Source: an uncultured Gemmatimonadaceae bacterium (GTDB lineage: Bacteria; Gemmatimonadota; Gemmatimonadetes; Gemmatimonadales; Gemmatimonadaceae). Taken from it: a stretch of DNA of 64,000 nucleotides. A program made the translations under genes and the position numbers. The notes beneath the pieces were generated by a model, which was not told the origin of the DNA, made no database searches, and saw only the letters and a program-made list of their open reading frames with translations. The DNA is taken from positions 2,656,001 through 2,720,000 of the forward strand of contig OY970320.1 of assembly GCA_963716745.1 (NCBI GenBank). Reading direction: 5' to 3'. Positions 10,563-20,263 of this stretch are shown one piece after another. Position 1 is the first letter of the stretch; every line of letters begins with the position of its first letter.

Positions 10563-12393
10563 TTGATCCAGCAGATCGCTCAGTCGCTCCCGGATTCAGT
10601 CCGCGAAGTCACGGTGGTGAAGACGCCGATTCCCGGCGGCGTCGGCGTGTTCGTGCGCTGGCTGATGAACCTGCCGAGCTGGATCCAGATCACGGCGTGC
10701 TGCGATCGCGGCGGTGATCGGCATCGTGGTGCTCCGGTATCTCTGGAAGCGGCGCAAGGCGATCTGGGCATGGTTCACGACGCGCTCGCGCGGCACCAAG
10801 ATCGCGATCGGCGGCCTCGTCACCGCCGGTCGTGGCGGCGGTTCATCGCGTTCGGCGCGGTGTAGTGGCACTACATGATGCACAACAACGAATTCTGCAG
10901 CAGCTGCCACGTCATGACGAGCGCGTACTCGCGCTTTCAGCATAGCGAGCACAGCAAGCTGCAGTGCCACGATTGTCACGTGCAATCGATCTTCGTGAGC
11001 GCGCGGCAGCTCGTGCTCTGGGTGGCGGAGAAGCCGCAGGTGATCCCGCCGCACGCGAAGGTGCCGAACAAAGTGTGCGGCGAGTGCCACCTCCAGAAAC
11101 CGGGACAGGACAGCATCTGGAAGCGGATCAGCGCCACCGCGGGCCACCATCTGCATCTCAATTCGACCAAGCCGGCGCTCAAGGACATGCAGTGCACCAC
11201 GTGCCACGGCGTGGACGTGCATCACTTCGCGCCGGAGAACGCGTCGTGCGGACAGGCGGGGTGCCACGATAACCTGCCGATGAAGCTCGCGAAGATGAGA
11301 GACCAGACCGAGCTCCATTGCACGAAATGCCATCAGTTCACGCTCCCGGTGGCGGAGAACATCAGCATCGATTCCGCGAAGCAGGCATTGAATCCGACGT
11401 TCGGCCAGTGTGTCGGCTGTCACGACATGAAGAAGGCGCTGGGCAACTACGATCTCGCAGCGGACCCGCACAAGGGCGTGTGCGGCTCGTGCCACAATCC
11501 GCATACGCAGGAAACGCCGCAGGCCGCGTGGACGCTCGTGCGCGAACTCGGGCTGCCACGAGAATGCGGTGACGCTCACGCCGTTCCATAAGGGGATCGC
11601 GGCTGCGGCGCTGCAAAAGTGCTCGACGTGCCACCAGGCGCACACGTGGGCGGTGAGCGGCGACAAGTGCATCGTCTGTCACTCGCGCATCTACGAGGAC
11701 CGGCCGGCGGCCGCGACCGCGAATGCCGGCGGTACGCCAGCGCGGCTCGCCTCGTCAGGCGGCGCGCCGGCGTACTCGGGCTCCGAGAAATTCTCGCACA
11801 ACCGGCATCGCGGTGTCACGTGCACGTCGTGCCATGGCACGGGCACTGCGCACGGGGCGCTGTTGGTAAAGACGGAGGCGGATTGCCAGCGCTGCCACCA
11901 TTCGACGGCGGCGGGCGGCGCGATGTCGGGCGCGCCGGCGCGCACGTGCACGAGCTGTCACGCGTCGGCCAGCTTCGCACGGCGATCGCGGAGACGCTCA
12001 CGGTGAAACTCTCCGTGTGGAAGGCGCCGCGCGCGAGAGTGCTCGCGTTCCCGCACGACCAGCACAGCTCGGTGGCCTGCGTCTCGTGCCACTCGACGCC
12101 CGTGACGATGGCGGTGCCGGCCGAACGGGAACTGCGCGAGCTGCCACGAGAAGCATCACACGCCCGACAACCGCTGCATGTCGTGCCACACCACGCCCAA
12201 GGCCGCGCACACGCGTGAGGCGCACCTCGGGTGCCAGAGCGCGCAGTGCCATGCGCCGCAGTCGGTGTCGGCGTTGAAGCCGCAGCGCAACGTGTGCCTC
12301 ACCTGTCACTCCGACAAGGTGAATCACAAGCCGGGCAAGGAGTGCGCGGCGTGCCATCAGGTGGAGTGGCTCACGGCACAGAAGGGCACCTGA
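10563..12393 (+). CDS. Membrane-anchored NapC/NirT-like multiheme cytochrome extended with cytochrome c3-like domains (~20 heme motifs; frameshifted)
   Basis: Two hydrophobic segments after frame repair, then WHYMMHNNEFCSSCHVM...HSEHSKLQCHDCH (NapC/NirT-type N-terminus); 17 CxxCH plus 3 CxxxxCH (CGQAGCH, CANSGCH, CQSAQCH) across frames; ends CAACHQVEWLTAQKGT*. Confidence 0.82.
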
Positions 12394-12395
12394 TC

Positions 12396-13856
12396 GTGCG
12401 CGCACGTTCGGCGTTCGCGGCGATGGCATCACTGGCCGTCATCGTGCTGTCCGGCGCCGCGCAGGAGATCCGCTTCGGCGGGGCGACCGTGGGGCAGGTG
12501 ATCCAGCTGCCCACGCTCGTGATCGACAGCGTGCCGATCGGCGCGACCACCGGCAGCGGGAACTACCGGCAGACGTCGAACGGATACGTGGCGTGGTGTC
12601 CGTCGACCACCGGCTACTGCTTCTATCATCGCTCCGGACCGACGATCACCACGTCGCCGCTCACGCAGGACCTCGAGGTCAACGCCTTCGGATTCGGGCA
12701 GGGGTTGCGCTTCTACGCCGACGTGCGGTTGCGCGTCACCGGCGGGAATCAGGCGTGGCCGCTCTCGGGACAGACGTTCTCCGCGCTCGCCGCCTATCTC
12801 GAGTACGATCGCAGCGATTGGCGCGCGCGGCTCGGGCGGCAGTTCACGTCCAACGGGCTGGGCTACTACAACTACGACGGCCTCGAGGTGCTCTGGCGCG
12901 CGACCCCGTGGATCGATGCGCAGCTCTACGGCGGCGGCGCGCTCATGCAAGGCGTGAACGCGCCGTACACGAACTCCGTGATCACCGATCCGCAGTCGCC
13001 GCCGCTGCCGAATGACAACGCGTGGCTCATCGGCGCGCGCGTGCGCGGCCACTGGCAGAACGGATCGTCGATCTCGGCGCTCTTCCAGGTGATCGATCGC
13101 GACGACTTCGGCGGCCTGTACTCCGAGCGGCTCGCGGTGAACGGTGTCTTCCATGCGGGGATCACGACGATCACCGCCGACGTGCAGGCCGATCTCGCCA
13201 CCAACCAGTTCGATCTCGCGCAGGCGCGGGCGCAGTATCCACTCGCGCGCGGGACCGGCGTGTTCCTCGAGGTGCGCCACTTCGTGCCGGTGTTCGAACT
13301 GTATTCCATCTGGAGCGTATTCTCGCCCGTCGGCTACAACGAGCTCACCGGCGGCGCCTTCTGGGCGTCGCACGACGGTGTGCTCAGCGCACAATTCGGC
13401 GGCGGATATCGCAGCTACGAGCCGACGAACGCGGGCACGGGCGATCTCACGACGAACGGTTGGCGCATCGGCGCCAATGCCACGTGGCAGGCGATCCCGA
13501 AGCTCATTGTGAGAGGCGGCTATCATTACGATCTCGGGCCGGGCGCCGCCGAGAGTGATGGCAATCTCTCCGCACGCTGGGAGCCGAACGAGGACACGTA
13601 CGCGGGCGTCTTCGCGACGGCGTTCCAGACCGCCTACGAGTATCAGCAGGGGTTCGGCACCGTGTTCGGCGGCGGTGTGACCGGGGGGATGAAGCTCGCC
13701 GACTGGGGTCGTGTGGCGGCGGACATCGGCGAGTTCCGGAACACATACGGCGGCAACGCGCCGCAGTCGAACTGGAATCAGTTCCGCGCGCTGCTGCGAT
13801 TCGACTTCCTCGTCGGGAAGGAGCCGGGCTACGCGGGCGGCGGGGTGGTGCGATGA
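12396..13856 (+). CDS. Putative outer-membrane beta-barrel (porin of a porin-cytochrome complex)
   Basis: Signal peptide VRARSAFAAMASLAVIVLSGAAQ; many alternating aromatic/Gly strands (AAYLEYD, RARLGRQF, IDAQLYGG, LSAQFGGGYRSY, LIVRGGYHYD, FRALLRFDF); no CxxCH; flanked by multiheme genes. Confidence 0.75.
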   Translation: MRARSAFAAMASLAVIVLSGAAQEIRFGGATVGQVIQLPTLVIDSVPIGATTGSGNYRQTSNGYVAWCPSTTGYCFYHRSGPTITTSPLTQDLEVNAFGFGQGLRFYADVRLRVTGGNQAWPLSGQTFSALAAYLEYDRSDWRARLGRQFTSNGLGYYNYDGLEVLWRATPWIDAQLYGGGALMQGVNAPYTNSVITDPQSPPLPNDNAWLIGARVRGHWQNGSSISALFQVIDRDDFGGLYSERLAVNGVFHAGITTITADVQADLATNQFDLAQARAQYPLARGTGVFLEVRHFVPVFELYSIWSVFSPVGYNELTGGAFWASHDGVLSAQFGGGYRSYEPTNAGTGDLTTNGWRIGANATWQAIPKLIVRGGYHYDLGPGAAESDGNLSARWEPNEDTYAGVFATAFQTAYEYQQGFGTVFGGGVTGGMKLADWGRVAADIGEFRNTYGGNAPQSNWNQFRALLRFDFLVGKEPGYAGGGVVR

Positions 13857-15364
13857 GGATCGGCCTCGCATTCGTGGCCGCGCTGGCGAGCGTGGCGTTC
13901 GCCGCGCGCGCGCAACAGCCGGCCGTGTTCCCGCACGCGGCGCACGCCAAGGTGTTCCCGTCGTGCACGGGGTGCCACGCCGGCATCGTGAGTGGCGATG
14001 CGAAGACCGTGTTCCCGGCGCCGCAGGCATGCGCCGGATGTCACGACGGACAGCAGACCGTCGAGGGGCGCGTGCTCAAGCCGGTGGCGTACACCGGTGG
14101 GAAATACCTCGTGACGAACTTGAAGTTCTCGCACGTGGATCACGCGCGCGAGACGAACACTACCGGGAGCACGCGCGCGTGCGTGAGCTGTCACCAGCTG
14201 CCGGGTACCACCGAGTTCATGGCGGTGAGCGGTCCGGTACCGTCGGAATGCCTTGCGTGTCACGCGCACGAGGCGCCGAGCCATCTCGCCGACGTAGCGC
14301 AGTGCCGCACATGCCACGTGCCGCTCGCGAGCGCGACGTCGCTCAGTGCTGATGCGATCGCAGGATTCCCAAAGCCGGCGTCGCACGACGCGCCGGGATT
14401 CCTCTCGTCGCATGCGCCGCAGGACAGCGCGGCCGTCGCGCGCTGCGCCGTGTGCCACACGCAGGAGAGCTGCGCGCGTTGTCACATGCAGCCGCCCGCG
14501 ACCGCGCAGATCGCGATGCTCGGCAATAGCGCCATGGTGGCGCAAGCGATCGCGGGCAAGCATGCGGTTTATCCGGTGCCGGCGAGTCACGCCGCGAACG
14601 ATTTCGCGGCGACGCACGGCGCCGCGGCGACGGCGAATCCGGCGTCGTGCGCGAATTGTCACGCACAGGCGAGTTGCAAGACGTGCCACCTGCAGCTCGG
14701 CGCGCGCGCCGTGATCGCACAGTTGCCCACGCCGGCGCCGGGACACGCGCAGGGTGTGCAGCTGCGCAGCGCGAGTGATTTCGCGCTGTTCGCGGCCGTC
14801 GCGTTCCGTGCGCCGTCCAAGAATCCGGCGCGCGGCCGGCCCGACATCTGGACCGTGCGCGTGCACGATCCCGGCTTCTCAAGGAATCACCGCGCCGCCG
14901 CGGCGTCGGCCACGCAGAATTGTCTCGGCTGCCACCAGAAATCGTACTGCGCCGATTGTCACGACGGCGTGGGCAAGCTGAAGTACCATTCCGCGGATTT
15001 CGCGATGGGCCACGCCGCGCAGGCGTACGGCCGCGAGCAGGACTGCGCGAGTTGCCACAATACGCAGGCGTTCTGCCTCACGTGCCACCAGAACCTCGGG
15101 CTCGGCTCGACGGGCCGCGCGGACGGGTCGGTGCACAACGCGTCCGCGAACTGGCTGTTGCAGCACGGCGAAGCGGCGCGGCTGTCGCTGCCGAACTGCA
15201 TTACGTGCCACAAGCAGAGCGACTGCATCAAGTGCCACTCCACCACCACGTGGGGGATCAATCCGCACGGGCCGGACTTCAACGCGGATCGCATGGCGAA
15301 GGCCAACACGCAGATCTGCTACTACTGCCACGTGACGAATCCGGTGGCGAACAAGACACACTAG
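13853..15364 (+). CDS. Periplasmic 16-heme cytochrome c (cytochrome c3-like N-terminus plus doubled-CxxCH repeats)
   Basis: Sec signal ending ARA-QQ; 16 CxxCH motifs counted in one intact frame; FPHAAH and FSHVDH motifs. Confidence 0.92.
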   Translation: MRIGLAFVAALASVAFAARAQQPAVFPHAAHAKVFPSCTGCHAGIVSGDAKTVFPAPQACAGCHDGQQTVEGRVLKPVAYTGGKYLVTNLKFSHVDHARETNTTGSTRACVSCHQLPGTTEFMAVSGPVPSECLACHAHEAPSHLADVAQCRTCHVPLASATSLSADAIAGFPKPASHDAPGFLSSHAPQDSAAVARCAVCHTQESCARCHMQPPATAQIAMLGNSAMVAQAIAGKHAVYPVPASHAANDFAATHGAAATANPASCANCHAQASCKTCHLQLGARAVIAQLPTPAPGHAQGVQLRSASDFALFAAVAFRAPSKNPARGRPDIWTVRVHDPGFSRNHRAAAASATQNCLGCHQKSYCADCHDGVGKLKYHSADFAMGHAAQAYGREQDCASCHNTQAFCLTCHQNLGLGSTGRADGSVHNASANWLLQHGEAARLSLPNCITCHKQSDCIKCHSTTTWGINPHGPDFNADRMAKANTQICYYCHVTNPVANKTH

Positions 15365-15386
15365 GCGTTGGCGCGCTTGGGACATC

Positions 15387-15861
15387 GCGCCGCCGGTCGC
15401 GGCGCCGTCTCCGGCTAGGCCGCTTTCGCTCAAACCGCTTCGAGCCTCGCGCAGACTGCGCGCGAGTCTCTCGCTTTTCGCTATCGCGGCTGCGCCGGAG
15501 GCGACGCCGCTCCCTGCGATCGATCGAGGGTGCGCATGCGAGCTACGACTGCAATGCTGCGCCCGTTCGCCCTTGAGCGCGTGGAAGAAGTCAGCGGCGC
15601 GCGATTCGCGCGCGATCGGCCCATGCGCGCGGGCCGTGCGGGGGGAAGGTATCGCGCGCTGCGCCCCAGTCGCGCTCGCTTCGCGAAGAAGGCGCACCGG
15701 TCGCCGGTGCCCCAGGCGGACCATGATCGAGGAGAGGGAGCGAGCCAGCGCCGGCGCAGCCGCGGCAGCGAAAAGCGAGAGACTCGCGCGCAGTCTGCGC
15801 GAGGCTCGAAGCGGTTTGAGCGAAAGCGGCCTAGCTGGCGCTGGCCCGCGACCGGCGGCGC
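15387..15861. repeat. Long inverted-repeat element (MITE-like or structured RNA)
   Basis: 15414-15482 is the exact reverse complement of 15767-15835 (69 bp); outer 15387-15402/15846-15861 and inner 15485-15498/15751-15764 also pair. Confidence 0.85.
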
Positions 15862-15867
15862 AACAGT

Positions 15868-16563
15868 CTATGACGCCGCGTGCTCGGCGAGCGCGAGATC
15901 CTCGCGGCGCACGGAGCGCAGCGCGAGTGAGAACACGGAGCCGAACGCGCGCGCGACTTCGGCGCGCACCTGTGCATCATCGGCGCGAGCTACGCCGAGC
16001 TCGCGGGCGATGGAGGTCATCGTGACGTCGGGGATCCCGCACGGGACGATGAGTTCGAAGTAACTGAGGTCCGTGTTCACATTGAGCGCGAAGCCGTGCC
16101 ATGTGACCCAGTCGCGCGCGTGCACGCCGATGGACGCGATCTTCCGCCCGCGCGTCCACACGCCGGTCTTGCCCGAGTTCCGCTCAGCGGGAATGCCGAG
16201 CGCGCCGAGTGCGACGATGAGCGCCTCTTCCACCTGGCGCAGGTACCAGTGGAGATCCTGCTTGTGCCGCTTGAGGTCGACGATCGGATAGCCGACGAGC
16301 TGCCCCGGCCCGTGGAAGGTGATGTCCCCGCCGCGCTCCACTTCGAACACCTCCACGCCGCGCGCGCGCAGCGCCTCCGGCGTCGCGAGCATGTTCGCTT
16401 CCTTCGCGGTGCGCCCGAGGGTGACGACCGGCGGATGTTCGAGCAGGATGAGCAGGTCTTCGGCGATCTCGCCCGAGATCCGCGCGCGCGCCGCAGCGCG
16501 CTGGAATTCCAGCGCCTCGCCATACGGCACGAGCCCGAGCTCCGCCACGAGCAGGTCACGCAT
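15868..16563 (-). CDS. lipB: Lipoyl(octanoyl) transferase LipB
   Basis: LLEHPPVVTLGR, ERGGDITFHGPGQLVGYP, RKIASIGV, WHGFALNV, IVPCGI. Confidence 0.96.
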   Translation of the reverse strand: MRDLLVAELGLVPYGEALEFQRAAARARISGEIAEDLLILLEHPPVVTLGRTAKEANMLATPEALRARGVEVFEVERGGDITFHGPGQLVGYPIVDLKRHKQDLHWYLRQVEEALIVALGALGIPAERNSGKTGVWTRGRKIASIGVHARDWVTWHGFALNVNTDLSYFELIVPCGIPDVTMTSIARELGVARADDAQVRAEVARAFGSVFSLALRSVRREDLALAEHAAS

Positions 16564-17957
16564 CGGTCATGCGACCCATCGAGTCGAGCGCCGCCTGCGC
16601 CACCGCCTCCGCCATGGTCGGATGCGCATGGATCGCCAACTCGATCTCTTCAACGGTCAGCTCGCTCTCGCGCGCCACCGCCAGCTCGTGAATGAGTTCC
16701 GTCGCATGCGCGCCGATGATGTGCGCGCCCAGGATCTCGCCGTACTTCGCGTCGCGAATGATCTTCACGAAGCCCTCGGTCTCGCCCGCGGTGCGCGCGC
16801 GCCCGCTCGCCATGAAGGGGAACTTGCCCACCTTGTACGCGATCCCCTTGTCCTTCACCTGCTGCTCGGTCATCCCGATGGACGCGACCTCGGGATGGCA
16901 GTACGTCGCGCCCGGGATGTTCCCGTAGTTCACCGGATGCGACTCGTGTCCCGCGATCAGCTCCACGGCCACGACACCCTCGCGCGAGCCCTTGTGCGCG
17001 AGCATCGGCGGGCCGGCCACATCGCCGATGGCGTAGATGCCCTTGGCGGTCGTCTCCATGCGCTCGTTGATCTTGATGAAGCCGCGATCGGTGAGCTGCA
17101 CGCCGGCTTCCTTGAGCCCAATGTTCTCGACGTTCGGCGCGCGCCCCGCGGCCACGAGCACTCTCTCCACGGTGATCTCCTTCTTCTCCGGCGCGTCGAG
17201 CACGAGGGTCACGCTGTCCTTGCCCACTTTCGTGCTCGAGATGCGCGCGCCCGTGATGATCTCGATCTTCCGCTTGCGGAAGCTCTTCGCGAGTTCGGCG
17301 CCCACCTCGGCGTCCTCCACCGGCAGCAGCGTCGGCAGCACTTCGATCAGCGTGACCTGCGTGCCGAAACTCGTGAACACGTCCGCGAACTCGCACGCCC
17401 ACGGCGCCGGCGCCGATCACGGCCATCGTCTTCGGCGCTTTCTCGGCGATCAGCACTTCGTCGCTCGAGAGCACTGTGCTCTTGTTAATCTCGAGCCCGA
17501 TCTGCGGCAGCCCCTTCACGCGCGAACCGGTCGAGATGATCACGGCCTTCGTGGCGTCGTGCTTCTCCGTCTTCCCATCGGCGGTCTTCACGTTCACGGA
17601 CTTGCCGCCCGCCAGCGTGCCGGTGCCCTTGATCCAGGTGATCTTGTTCTTCTTGAAGAGGAACTCGACGCCCTTGGAATTCTGCAGGCTCACCGCGCGC
17701 GAGCGCTTCATGGCCACGCCGTAGTCGGTGGTCACCTCGCCCACGTTGACGCCGAACTCGGCCGCGTGCTTCAGGCGATTCGCGAGCGCCGCGCTCTCGA
17801 GGAGCGCCTTGGCCGGGATGCATCCCCAGAGCACGCAGGTGCCGCCGAGCCCTTCGCGCTCGACCATCGCGACGTTGAGCCCGAGCTGTGCGCCGCGGAT
17901 CGCGCCGACGTAGCCGGCGGGCCCGCCGCCAATGAAGATCACATCATAGGTCGCCAT
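16556..17957 (-). CDS. lpdA: Dihydrolipoyl dehydrogenase E3 (frameshift near 17400)
   Basis: [46 protein letters not shown]. Confidence 0.95.
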
Positions 17958-17984
17958 GAGAGATTCCGGCCGGAGTTGGTGTGG

Positions 17985-19265
17985 TTAGTAGACGAGCATG
18001 AGCGGGTTCTCGAGCAGGCGCCGCAGCGTTTGCAGGAATTTCGCGCCCGTGGCGCCGTCGATCGCGCGATGGTCGCAACTCATCGTGACGCGCAGATGTT
18101 TTGCGACGGCAACGGCGCCGTCGATCACGACCGGCACATCGCTCACCGCGCCGATCGCGAGGATGCCGCGTCTCGGGCGGATTGATGATCGCGGTGAACT
18201 GATCGATGCCGAACATGCCGAGATTCGAAACGGAGAACGTCGAGCCAGTGTATTCCTCGGGCTTGAGCTTGCGGTCGCGCGCGCGTGCGGCGAGCTCGCG
18301 CGATTCCTTCGCGATCTCGCGCAGACGCTTCTGGTCGGCGTCGAAGATCACCGGCGTGATGAGACCGTCCGTCGGATCGCGACCGCCATGCCGAGGTGCA
18401 CGCGGTTGAAGCGGCGGATCTTGTCGCCGAGCCAATGCGCGTTGACTTCGGGGTGCTGCGCGAGCGCGGTGGCGGTGGCCTTCAGGATGATGTCGTTGAA
18501 GGACACCTTGAACTCGTCGCCCACCTCGGCCATCGCGGAGCGCATTTCGGCGACGCGACTGAGATCGAACTCGGCGGTGAGGTAGAACGTCGGGATCGGT
18601 CCGATCGATTCCGCGAGGCGGCGGGCAATGGTCTTGCGCAACTGACTCAGCGGCACGTCTTCGAAGCCAACGCCAGGGGCGGACTGTCGGCTGTTGGCTG
18701 TCGCAGGCGACTGCGACTGCGTGCCGGCGGATTCGATGTCGCGCTTGATGATGCGGCCGCCGGGGCCGGAGCCCTGGAGCTGGTCGAGTGCGACGCCGCG
18801 TTCGCTCGCGAGACGACGCGCGAGGGGCGAACTCCGCAGGCGTCCGCCGGATTCCGCGGCGTGTGGCGCTTGCTCGGTGCGAGCGGCCGCGGGAGTGGAG
18901 GGCGGCGCCGCGGGCGCGGGAGGAGGCGATGCTGGTCTCGGCGGCGCGGTCGGAGTGGGAGCGGGCGCGGCGGCCGCAGCAGGCGCGGGGGCGGCGGCGC
19001 TGCCGGCGATCGCGTCGATGTTCTCGTCGGGGGTGCCGACGATCGCGAGGAGTTCGCCCACCGGGCGCGTCTCCCCTTCGGCGGCGATGATCTTGCGCAT
19101 CACGCCGTCGCCGCGCGCGACGATCTCCATCACCGCCTTGTCGGTCTCCACCTCGGCGAGCACTTCGCCCTTCGTGACCTTGTCGCCCTCCTTCTTGGTC
19201 CACTTCACCAGCTTGCCTTCTTCCATGGTGGGAGAAAGCGCTTCCATCACGACTTTGGTGGCCAT
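17985..19265 (-). CDS. pdhC: Pyruvate dehydrogenase E2 dihydrolipoamide acetyltransferase (frameshifts near 18175 and 18375)
   Basis: [15 protein letters not shown] lipoyl site, SPLARRLA E3-binding domain, [31 protein letters not shown]. Confidence 0.93.
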
Positions 19266-19283
19266 GGCTAGACTCCCGCCGGC

Positions 19284-20261
19284 TTAGACATAGAGCACCT
19301 TCTTCACCGCCGCGATCGTCTTCGCGAGATCGGGCTTCGCGGCCTTCTCGAGATTCTTGGCGTACGGCATCGGCACGTCGGCCTGGTGCACGCGCACCAC
19401 CGGCGAGTCGAGATCGTCGAAGCATTCGCGCTGGATGAAATCCACCACCTGCGCGCCAATGCCGCAGATCTCCCAGCCTTCCTCCACCACCACCGCCCGG
19501 TTGGTCTTCTGCACCGAGGCGGCGATCGTCGCGACATCCATTGGACGAAGCGAGAGCAGGTCGATCACCTCGACCGAGATGTTCTCCTTCGCGAGCGCGT
19601 CGGCCGCCTGCTGCGCGACGAGCACCATCTTCCCGTACGAGATGATCGAGCAGTGGTCGCCCGCACGCTTCACCTGCGCCTTGCCGATCGGGATCGTGAA
19701 ATCGCCGTCGGGCACTTCGCCCTTCGTGTTATAGAGCATCTCGCCCTCGAGCACGATCACGGGATTGTCATCGCGGATCGCGGACTTCAGCAGCCCCTTC
19801 GCGTCGTACGGCGTACCAGGCGCCACCACCTTGAGTCCGGGAATGTGCGCGAGCCAGCCCTCCCACGCCTGCGAGTGCTGCGCCGAGAGTTGCAGCGCGG
19901 CGCCGTTGGGTCCGCGGAACACCATGGGAATGTTGTACTGGCCACCGCTCATGGAGAGCAGCTTCGCGGCCGCGTTCACGACCTGATCGAGCGCGAGGAG
20001 CGCGAAGTTCCACGTCATGAACTCGATCACGGGACGCAGTCCCACCATCGCCGCGCCAACGCCCACGCCGGCGAATCCGAGCTCGGTGATCGGCGTGTCC
20101 ACCACGCGCATCTCGCCGAATTCCTGCAGCAGCCCCTTGCTCACCTTGTACGCACCGTCGTACTCGCCCACTTCCTCACCCATGAGGAAGACGCGGTCGT
20201 CGCGCTGCATTTCTTCGCGGAGCGCCTGGTTGAGCGCATCGCGGTACGTGATGATCGCCAC
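19284..20261 (-). CDS. pdhB: Pyruvate dehydrogenase E1 beta subunit
   Basis: [38 protein letters not shown]. Confidence 0.96.
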   Translation of the reverse strand: MAIITYRDALNQALREEMQRDDRVFLMGEEVGEYDGAYKVSKGLLQEFGEMRVVDTPITELGFAGVGVGAAMVGLRPVIEFMTWNFALLALDQVVNAAAKLLSMSGGQYNIPMVFRGPNGAALQLSAQHSQAWEGWLAHIPGLKVVAPGTPYDAKGLLKSAIRDDNPVIVLEGEMLYNTKGEVPDGDFTIPIGKAQVKRAGDHCSIISYGKMVLVAQQAADALAKENISVEVIDLLSLRPMDVATIAASVQKTNRAVVVEEGWEICGIGAQVVDFIQRECFDDLDSPVVRVHQADVPMPYAKNLEKAAKPDLAKTIAAVKKVLYV

Positions 20262-20263
20262 GG

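Noticed and set aside
10863..10865. In-frame TAG in the NapC-like gene as pyrrolysine or readthrough
   Set aside because: It lies in an error-rich stretch with nearby indels and there are no pyl genes in the window; a miscalled base is more likely.
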